This document shows positions 55,201 to 64,000 of a stretch of 64,000 bases of DNA, piece after piece. The translations under genes and the position numbers were made by a program. Numbering within the stretch: position 1 is the first letter of the stretch; every line of letters starts with the position of its first letter. This stretch comes from Azolla caroliniana (taxonomy: Eukaryota; Plantae; Polypodiophyta), in contig JBHGNT010000016.1 in the NCBI GenBank assembly GCA_043228905.1, forward strand, positions 7,130,001 through 7,194,000. Direction: 5' to 3'. The notes beneath the pieces are model-generated. The model worked only from the letters and a program-made list of their open reading frames with translations. It did no database searches and was not told the origin of the DNA.

Positions 55201-58200
55201 ATTTCAACCATAATTAACTCTATCATGGAAGCAAGCCTTTCTGGTGATGTGTCATATAACAAACTTCAGTTTTCTGACTCTAAATTCAGCTTTATTCAGG
55301 TGTCTGATGCTGACTTCAGTTTTAATTTCCCTTATGTAGAAGATGGAGAGTGTGAGAGTGAACATGTACTTACCAGATGACACTTTTAAGGTGATTTCAC
55401 AGGCTTTGGCTTATTCCAAGTGAATTGTTTGACATTAATGTCGAATAATGTACTCCGTGTTGCAAGTTGTATCTATCTTATATCAGTTTCTTTTGAGATA
55501 TTTACTATCTAGAGGAATGTAATGATACGATGTTGTAATCTGAAAATTTTGAGAGGAAAAAAAATCTATCTCGCATCCATTGCATGCTTCTCGAATATTG
55601 TTATTGCATAGATGAGTTATCCTTCGCAGAATCAACAAGCAGTACAGGTTTTTGGGCAAATTCACATTTCTTTATTTTTCCTAGTTCATGCTATGCTTTA
55701 ACTATGGGCCCGGTTTCGTTCGATTTCTTTATCTTAAAACCAAACCATTTATAAAAAACAAAAACCAAACCAAACCAAACTGTTTATGAGCTCTCAAGCC
55801 ACTTAAAGTAAACCATTTAGGAAAAGGTAAACCAAACCATTTAACCGTTTAGGGAAAAGTAGAAACCAAACCCAACCATTTAATAAAAAATTTAAACCTA
55901 ACCATTTAAGTCAAACTAATAAAAAAATTAAATAAGTAAAAATACATTAAATTAAATAAGCATTTAAGTTAAATTAATTAAATCATTAAAAAACATTAAT
56001 TAAACCATTAAATTATATAAACATTTTATTTAAATTAATGAAATCAATAAACAAAAAACATTAATTAAACCATTAAGGAAATAAAAAAGTTAACCAAAAA
56101 CCAATAAACCAAACCTCTTAAACCTATAAACCAGTAAACCCGAGTTTTAGAACCAAACCGTTCAATAATAATTGAACCAAAACAAACTGTTTAATTATAT
56201 TAGAACTGATAAACCGTTAAATCATGGCTTAATGGTTCAGTTTGGTTTGAGATGTAGCTAGGCCCATAGCTACTATGCTTCAGAAGGCATCAGGAATGTA
56301 TCTGTGCTGGAAATCTTTTGAAGGCAGAAGTTTCAATCTTTCTAAGTTCAGAATCATAGTGTGCAACTAGTGAGACTCTTCCTATATTATTTTTAGCAAT
56401 TGGAAACGGTTAGGTTAGTTCAGTTCAGGTTCTGGTTTTTGTAAACATTTTGGATTCGGTTTGGGGGATCAACGGTTCGGTTTGAGCCTTTATTGGCTTA
56501 ACGGTTTCCGGTTTAAACGGTTTGATGATTTAGGGTTGACACTTAATTATTTTCTTGAATATTTTGTTTGAACAACCTTTTTATTTTTAAGCCTAATTTT
56601 GATATTTTAAGAAAAATCTTTAAATTCCAAAAAATTAAAATTTGAACTTTTTAATTTTGACCTATCTTGAAAACTGAAACTGAACCGTGAAACTGTGGTT
56701 TTAACAGTTTAATGTTTTGAAAATCTCTGAAACAGTTTGGGTTGAGCTTGATTTTTTTGTAATGGTTCGGTTGGAACAGTTTTGTGGTTCGGTCCAATTA
56801 ACTTTAAGTTTCAATTTTTTTGAACGGTTTGAGTTTGACACTCTCTAACCCAACCCAACCAAACAGAATGATTGCCAATTGTTAATTGTGTTTTGGTTGG
56901 TTGTTCTCAAAGAAGAGACAAAATTTTAAGCTGTAATCTCTCATTCAGTCTCATAGGACATCTTGGCCTCTTAAAAGATGTTAATACATCTTTCTTTCTT
57001 TCTTCAATATTTTGTAGTTAGATTATACCACTACATTGAGCCACATGATTGTAATTACTTTTGTGGGCTTTTACATAATTTTGACGTTTCCCACCATTAT
57101 AATATGCTAAAACTACAGTGTGTACATGTGTACATGCATCTGTATCTGTATGCATGTGTCATCATAGATAACTTGATACAAATTTCATTTACGTGAGTTA
57201 ATAAAATATGAGGACTTGGTTGCACTCTCCAAAGGCTAGTTGTGCTATGGTTTAGAACATAACCATACAAGATGCATTTCAGGGATGAACAGAACACGAA
57301 CGCGGATGTCCTATTATTAAGAGATGAGGCTTGAGGGGAAGCGGGTGCAGCAGAAGTAGAGGGGAAATGGGATGGAAAGTGGAACAATGAATGCAACTTA
57401 TAAAATGATTTTGAAATATGCATTCACTTAAAGCAAGGATAATTGCTGAGGCATGAGGTTGATCACAACTGGATATGGCAGCCTCTAGGCTAACTTGATT
57501 AATATAGTTGTCATGTCAACATAGCTGTCTGTTCCCACTTATGCCAGCAACAGAAGGCTTGGCAACAACTCTATTGTGATTATAATGTACAAATTTTCAA
57601 TTTAGCATGGCCTATATGCATATTATACTGCGACTTTAGCCTTTAGCCTTTAGCCTCTGTATGGCACCATGTCATTCAACTTGATGATTTTACTGCTTCA
57701 TCCAGTGCAGCAGGAAGAAATAAAGCAAGAAAGAAAAGATAGAAAAGAAGACACACTTTCTTGTTGGGACATTCTCAAATTATCTTTGACTTGTCTCTTG
57801 GAAACGTTGTTTGGGGATACACCCACATTGGGGGTCGTTTTTCTCAGCTTCTCTCGCTTCGGAGACCTCTCCATTCTGGATCAACCTATGCTAGAGATCT
57901 TTCGAAGACTAAAATTACAATATATCTAACTTGAGAATCTCACATGTGCCGAAAACCAGATTCCCTCGTCTGAGTAATACTTATTCTATTTTGATTTGTT
58001 CTCAAAGACGAGACAACACTTAAGATGTAATCTTTTGATTGGTCTTATATGCCATTTTGGCCTCTTAAAAGACGTTAATATATCTTTCTTCTTTCTTTCT
58101 TCTCTCAACATTGACTGAGATACTATGTTGTGGTGCTTTATCCTGCTGATGTGAAACAATCAGAATGTGGCAATTCTGGTGGTTTTTTCATACAGCTAAG

Positions 58201-61200
58201 ATAAATCAAAGAGAGGGAGTAGCTTGCCAAAACTATATGCGACACTCCCTACGAATCGTGAGGATTCTTGCAATTGAGAAATTGTTTATAGAGTTGAACT
58301 CAAGAAGATTTTAACTCTAAGCTACCACCAAGGACTGAAAATCAATTTGGTTGTATTGTCAAGTCACCACCAAGGACTGTCAACCAAATTGGTTGTAGTT
58401 TTATTTCTAGAGAGATTTAATCCAAGATAGATTAATGTGTTCCTAATTTTTAATAAAGAAATGATAAAACAAGTTGATTTGTTTCTTCCATTTCCAGGTC
58501 CTCAATCTTGATCCAATGGCAACAGCTGGGGAGGTGACTGAACAACTTGCTCAGATGAATGGACTTTCAGATCCCAAATATTATGGAATCTTTCAAGTTT
58601 TATATGCTGGTGAATCTCTTTAATTCATGTAATTTTTTCTAAAACTGCAGTAAAAAACTTTGCGACAGATAATAGGGAGGGGATTACTCATTATCTAAGA
58701 CTAGATTACTAATGGGTAAAATCTTTACAGAATACTCTATGGTATAGGGGAAGTCTGAAGGGCACCAAAATACACAAATGACATCTCATGATGGAAACCA
58801 TAACGGATTCAGTGTGTCCACATTATGCATCATCCTATCTCAAGGATGCTGCTGTATGTATGTGTGTGTATATTTACTTATCTACAAAAGATGATAATGC
58901 TTATTAGACTTGACAAAGAATACAGCTGTCTATGTTCTCTCCTGAACACGAGTCACAAAGCAAAATGCCTTTCTATTGTAGCTTACAAAAACTAAATGGT
59001 GTGAAATGCAGTCATGAATAACCAACAACCAGATTTGATGCCTGATAGTTGGAAATGAATTTTCTGCCGTCAGAAAGGAATGTTATTTGATCCAATATGG
59101 AAAAGTCAGTTAGATAAGGAGCACCTTGACAGCCATATAGTGATGGCTTTGACTTTATGAAAATATGACGTCTGGGTCATGGTCCAGGTTGGGTGTCTTG
59201 CCTTGAAAGAAAGAAAGCTATATTAATGTCTTTTAAGAGGCTGTCATGGCATGTAAGGCCAAACATGACAATACATCTTACAATGTTTTCTAATATTTGA
59301 GAACAAACCAAAATTAATAGATAGACTTACGGCTCTAGAGAACCTAGGTATCTAAGGCATAAGATTCTGAACATAGATAGACTGAAACTTCTTCCTCCAA
59401 AAAATCCTCCAACATGGACTGATCCAAGAGATCTCATAAGAAGGGAAGCACCTTTGGTGTGGATAAAAATGGCTTTTATTTGTCTATGAAAAGGGTGACA
59501 ACGCTATGGCCTATGTGCATGGCACATTGCTACTGCCTGCTCTATTATTGCCTGGGCATTGATCTCAAACATATTTAGACTGAGCCGAAAATGACATATA
59601 TTTTTATAAAAATGCTTGATGTGGATAAGCTTGGACAACTTTCAATGGTGTTTAGCTTACAGTTGTTGGATCTGCTGAGGTCGAGGTCGAGTGTAGAAAT
59701 GGTCCAAGCTCGTCAATACTTGACGGTACAACACATTCGAGTTTGAAGGGGCGTGTTGAGATATAAAGCTCAAGTGTCCAACGTATGTGTGATCACACAA
59801 ATATGAAGTGCACCTGTGTGCATTAAAATCCACTCACAAACTCTCTTTTCTTAACTTTGTAATGCCCTTGTCATGTAGTTAATGTAAAGGATATTCTATA
59901 TATTGCTTAAATTGATGAGGACAATGAGCGAGTAGTTATAAATCGTGAGAAGTTAGTGAGTGACTACCTTCTCACTATGTGATCATGGATTTTGATAGGA
60001 TATAGAATATTCTTTACAATAACTATATGACAAGAGAATTATAGAGATACAACAAGAGAGTATGTGAGTGGGTTTTAATGCACATATATGGACCCACTAC
60101 TTGTGTGTTCACATACAAATTGGATAATTTAGCTTGATATTTTAACAATCCCCTTCAATCTCAAGCATGTCATATTGTCAAGTGGTTGATTATGTTGGAT
60201 CACGCTTGCTCGTTTTCCATATTGTGTTATTTAATTTATATCTTCTTTAGACTCACATCTTTTGCGGTAACTTATCCATACATGGCCTTGCTTGTGACAA
60301 ACAAAGTTGTTTGTTCATCTTTAGTTTGTACATTGAAGTCTCCGAATAGTACAATATCACACAACTAGTTAATGGTAGATTTGTGTCATAGACATAACCT
60401 TACGAACCAATTCTGTAGCTAATTTTAATGGGGAAATTACTAGGACAAACCTATATGAACCTATGAAATGTGGGAACGCATAGTAGACTGGAAGGTTTAC
60501 TGTTGAGCTATATTAAGGGAACTGACATCGCCTTCATAATGGCATCTTGAGACGCTGTTGAGACTCTATTGTGTCTAGCTTATTTGCACGTTTACATTTC
60601 TAAGCCTAGATTTTTTGTCGAAGTTTAAAAAAAATGAGATACACATTAAATATGTCTCTATGAGTAGGAATGGATAATGGTGTTAATTGGCATAGTTTTG
60701 GGGGGTCTAGTTGCTTGTGTTTTGCGTTCTTGATTTCTTAGCCATTTTGTTTGGTCTTAAGACATTACTATATCCTTCTTTCTTTCTTTCTTTCACCTCT
60801 TCCTTTCCCAAGAATAATTCGACAAATAAAGCCCATGATCTCCCGCCATCGCAGCTGCTTCCCTCGCTTCGGAGACCTCTCCATTCTTGATCGACCTATG
60901 CTAGAGATCTTCCGAAGGCAAAAGTTATAATATCTAACTTGAGAACCTCACATGTGCCAAAAACTGGATTCTTTCGTCTCTCTTTTTATCTTATTTACTT
61001 TTATGTTTACGAAGTAATTTTTACTTTATTTTGATTTATTGTTCTCAAAGACGAGACAACACTTAAGATGTAATCTCTTGTTTGGTCTTAATGGCCATTT
61101 TGGCCTCTTAAAATATGTTAATATATCGATCTTTCTTTCGATCTTTAGCTAATGCTACAAGTCAATCTAGGGCTATACAAATGGGCTGCCGACCAATACA

Positions 61201-63388
61201 TAACAAAGATGTTACAATAAATGGGTCAATAGCAATTTGTTGTGCACCTAGGCCCCAGCCCATGGACCAAGATCTCACCACCCTTGTCATTGACAAACAA
61301 AGGTCATTATCTTCCACCATCACAGGTGCTTCCCTCGCTTCAGAGACCTCTCCATTCTGGATCTACCTATGCTAGAGATATTCCGAAAACAAAAGTTATA
61401 ACATATCTAACCTGAGAACCTCACATGTGTCGAAAACAAGATGCTTTTGTCTCTCTTTTTATCTTATTTACTTTTTCATTTTGATTTTTTGTTCTCAAAG
61501 ACTAGACAACACTTATAATCTGGTCTCTTGTTTGGTCTTATAGACATTAATATATATATATATATATTTCTTTCTTCTTTAGCCACGTGTTTCAAGGTCA
61601 AACTAAACCCACTGTACCTTGTGCTCTCTGTTGCCAAAACGGTTGACATTCCCTAATTTATTAAGAGGAAAAAAGTAGTGTACCTCTACGCTTGAAAATT
61701 GTCTTTCTTTACTCTGCCATGCCCAATTACCTTGGCAGTCTCCTGGTGGTCTTATAGGCCATTTTGGCCTCTTAAAAGACATTAATATATCTTTCTTTCT
61801 TTCTCCCTTTTTTTTGCCTTTCCTTTTCAATGGATGGTTATTTTGTCTTCAGATTGAACTAAAGTTAACAGCAATTATGGATTTATATTTAAAGGTTTTG
61901 ATTCTAAATGTGGACTGAGTACCAGTACTATTTGTAGATGTTATGGTGGAGAAAGTTCTCACTAGAAACTCTTACATTATGGAGGTTCTTTCTGAGTGGA
62001 ATAGAGCTTCGTTACCTCCATTAGAAGCAGACACAAGACTTATTGCAAAAGCAAAGAGAATATTTGAGAAGCATGTGCTATGCTTGCCAAACAGAAACAT
62101 GATGATGCTTGAAGACCATCAGATCAACAGTGGATTTCCTGTGCAGATGGACCCTAGTAGAACAGAAATGCTTTTTAAGAGGAAGATCTTCATTGAAGAT
62201 TTAAGCGTACTTCCTGAAGATGTACAAAAAGCAGTAGAAAACTTTGACTATGTACAGGTCAGTATTAAACATTTCCAACAGGATGGAAAATTTGAAGGCA
62301 GCAATCCATTGTGTAATAATGTGTGCTTATCAAAATGCATAATACACAAGGAATGATGCTAAGATATTGTTGTAATTTCACCAGATGCATTTTCTTTTTA
62401 ATTTCATTTCCATTGTTTATGGATACACCTCTGTTTGATATGTTTTCTCAATGTTAGTAGTGTGATTAGGTAGATGATCTCTTTGATTCAGTTAGAGATT
62501 GAAATTGGGAAATATGCTCACAAAGCTATGTAGGAGAAGTTTGGCTAATTGAGCCATCCAGAGTATGAAGTAGGGGAGATACTATTGCATAGAGGAATAT
62601 GAAGACCAATGATGCTTGCATGTTCTCATGGAAATCAAGATACATAGAAGTTGCTGAAAGGGAATATTGTGGTTACAAAAAGCACATCAACAAGGAACCC
62701 TCACACACCTTTTTCAGTATCATAGTATCTGTATATCCTCAGCCAAATGTTTTTTGCTGGCTGTTTTTCACTTAGATCTTTGCCACAGTTCATTTTTAGT
62801 GTTTAGATCTATACTAAAGGCAGGTTCTAAGGTTTCAGAACGTACTGTAAATTGTTTTGAGGGATTAGACCATAGTGTTATAATGTATTATGTGTGATCT
62901 GTTATTCAGATCATTTTGCCATTGGCTGCCTCAAAATTACATACGGTTGTGAGTCCACTGGAACTTCAAAAAATGAATGCTGCCATCATTTATCTTGTCT
63001 TAATGAGGATTAGCTTCAAAATACCCAAATTATCTACTTCAATTTATCACTCTCAGAACTATACCGAAGTTCATATAGAATACAGTTTGAAATTAATAGT
63101 TGTCTGAATTACAATCTCTAGATTCATTCCTGCATAGTATATTATTGTCAATCAGGTAAGACCTTATGCTTTTAATCGGGAGTTTTGACAACAATTTTTT
63201 CTTTGCTTCAATACACACTGTGTCATACTCATAATATAGCTGTACTTGAATGACTTTAGCTTGCTTCAGACAGTTAGAGATGTTGTATATGGTGTATATC
63301 CTCTTGAAGAACACGATGCGGTGATGCTTGGTGCCTTACAACTTCGAGCTGATTCAGGATTCTTTAAAAATTTAGATGATGCACTCAC
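39570..63388 (+). CDS. Large multi-exon MyTH4-FERM domain protein with a repetitive Ser/Gln-rich N-terminus (continues beyond the window)
   Basis: Exons include 39570-42293, ~43196-43905 and 46978-47196. MyTH4 exons lie at ~52098-52244 (LAYMGD...LRDEIFCQICKQTTANPS) and ~52612-52710 (RGWQAMALCVGTFAPS). FERM exons lie at ~58499-58608 (LDPMATAGEVTEQLAQMNGL...YGIFQV), ~61938-62257 (MLFKRKIF...NFDYVQ) and ~63270-63388 (GVYPLEEHDAVMLGALQL). Linking the N-terminal exons to MyTH4-FERM is inferred from strand and splice phase. Confidence 0.72.
39975..40955 (+). repeat. Coding 120-bp (40-aa) tandem repeat, ~8 well-conserved copies plus degenerate flanking copies
   Basis: GACCATYCCAGGAGAATGGAGATGAAAG variants recur at 40021, 40141, 40261 ... 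40861. The unit is RSSQDNGDGSLIMQRPSQENGDESLMQRFSLNSARQSLGQ. Confidence 0.95.
44545..46305 (+). mobile_element. Three adjacent 5'-truncated LINE 3'-end fragments (ORF2 C-terminal CCHC finger + 3'UTR + (CTTT)n tail)
   Basis: Copies at ~44545-44770, 44775-45490 and 45545-46305. Peptide EIEVGRYARIPLNER..CHQGVESEEHYVCHCSIFYEIR. The shared UTR ends ...GGCCATTTTGGCCTCTTAAAAGACGTTAATATATCTTTCTTTC. Confidence 0.8.
46406..46654. repeat. 126-bp tandem duplication
   Basis: TTCTTAAGGATATACTGTTCACTG...GAAAACCATCATTT at 46406 and 46532. Confidence 0.9.
47861..48344. mobile_element. hAT-type MITE
   Basis: Perfect 8-bp TSD GTCGTAAT (47853-47860 and 48345-48352), imperfect TIRs TAGGTATGAGCC / GGCCCCATAGCTA, and an AAACC-rich interior. 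Confidence 0.88.
48814..49299 (+). mobile_element. Solo LTR
   Basis: TGTTGAG...TTCTTTACA, flanked by AATCA/AATCC (4/5 TSD), with TATATAAA near 49073. The ends resemble the LTR at 59754. Confidence 0.7.
49555..49930 (+). pseudogene. LINE reverse-transcriptase fragment
   Basis: GVKQEFPLSPTLF...SLYADDFVLISDSLGELQRHLDAL, then DKTKVMM after a frameshift (RT motifs QG.PLSP and YADD). Confidence 0.85.
52209..52597. repeat. 193-bp near-perfect tandem duplication spanning an exon end and splice donor
   Basis: TCAAATATGTAAGCAGACCACAGCTAATCCGAGCAG|GTACTT... at 52209 and 52402. Confidence 0.92.
53537..54071. mobile_element. Possible MITE with imperfect ~20-bp TIRs
   Basis: GGGGAATGTCAAACCACTCC versus the reverse complement of the right end, GGGGAATGTTAACCATTTC. 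No clear TSD. Confidence 0.45.
55699..56272. mobile_element. hAT-type MITE (same family as 47861-48344)
   Basis: Perfect 8-bp TSD CTATGCTT (55691-55698 and 56273-56280), TIRs TAACTATGGGCC / GGCCCATAGCTA, AAACC-rich interior. Confidence 0.9.
56394..56884. mobile_element. Older hAT-like MITE
   Basis: TIRs TAGCAATTGG / CCAATTGTTA, flanks ATTATTTT / ATTGTGTT (6/8 match), GGTTC/GGTTT-rich interior. Confidence 0.6.
57848..58100 (+). mobile_element. LINE 3'UTR fragment (same family as 44545-46305)
   Basis: CGCTTCGGAGACCTCTCCATTCTGGATC...GGCCTCTTAAAAGACGTTAATATATCTTTC. Confidence 0.8.
59712..60190. mobile_element. Two copia-like PPT+LTR fragments in opposite orientation
   Basis: On +, TTGAAGGGGCG|TGTTGAG... 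runs to TTCTTTACA (59754-60018). A related copy lies on the minus strand at ~60055-60190 (TTGAAGGGGAT|TGTTAAAATATCAAGCT). Confidence 0.6.
60835..61805 (+). mobile_element. Cluster of LINE 3'-end fragments (same family)
   Basis: Copies at ~60835-61135, 61150-61575 and 61748-61805 share the UTR and the CTTT tail. Confidence 0.8.
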
Positions 63389-63599
63389 GTAAGTGGATTA
63401 GGTCTCATTAACTAATAATGGTTGTAACTTAACAAAGTTTTTTTTGTGGTATAAAGTTGCAATGAATTTCTTAGTTACAGAACAAATAGGACAGAGAGAA
63501 GCCAGGGGAAGTCCTTTGATAGGGAGGCTCTTTGTAACTCATATTGAACTCTAGATAGAATTTTTTGGCGAATATATTATTATTATTATGAACCTCTTC

Positions 63600-64000
63600 C
63601 CATCAGTTAGAGATTAAGATAGGTGGATATACATCCACACCGCTAAACAAAAGGGTTTGTCAATTGTGTCATCGGGGAGTAGAATCTGAAAAACAAGCTT
63701 TTTTTATCGAAATAAGATGGAGATACTATTGCCTCTTTGGCCAAGGCTTTGGCCCACTATCCAAAGTAATGGAATATGAGGACCAATGGTGCTTGGGGCT
63801 TTTCTTGCTAGAACTCAATAGACATGAGGCAGAAGCTGGTGGACGACAATACAATCACACAAGCTCTTCAACAAAGAACAATCATAACTTTCTTGATCCT
63901 CGTCATTCCTACTCATGAGGGAGAAGTTGTTGGACAACAATACAATAACACAAGCTCATCAACAAAGAACAATCAAAACTTTCTTTATCCTCGTCATTCC
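63600..64000 (+). mobile_element. LINE 3'-end fragment with an internal duplication (truncated by the window edge)
   Basis: CATCAGTTAGAGATT...CHRGVESE...FGPLSKVMEYEDQ. GGACRACAATACAAT.ACACAAGCTC..CAACAAAGAACAATCA is repeated. Confidence 0.75.

Overview
Eukaryotic, intron-rich, repeat-laden land-plant DNA, probably from a seed-free plant such as a fern (inference). Host genes are a KDM5/JARID1-type JmjC histone demethylase (+, ~18.8-24.7 kb), an aconitase with an N-terminal transit peptide (-, 26.9-33.3 kb) and a very large MyTH4-FERM gene with a 40-aa repeat expansion (+, from 39.6 kb past the window end). The standout is an ~8.6-kb DNA transposon (~8234-16816) with 33-bp TIRs, inserted exactly into the protease motif of a decayed Ty1/copia element. 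It carries two divergent genes: an intact 926-aa DDD-type transposase and a spliced gene fusing a ParB-like domain to a beta-class amino (N6-adenine/N4-cytosine) DNA methyltransferase. Between them lies an array of near-perfect 43-bp palindromes. Also present: a minimal type-I hammerhead ribozyme (5413-5474), tandem tRNA-Asp-derived pseudogenes, hAT MITEs with 8-bp TSDs, solo LTRs, many LINE 3'-end fragments and several tandem arrays. All family assignments come from motif recognition by eye; no searches were run.
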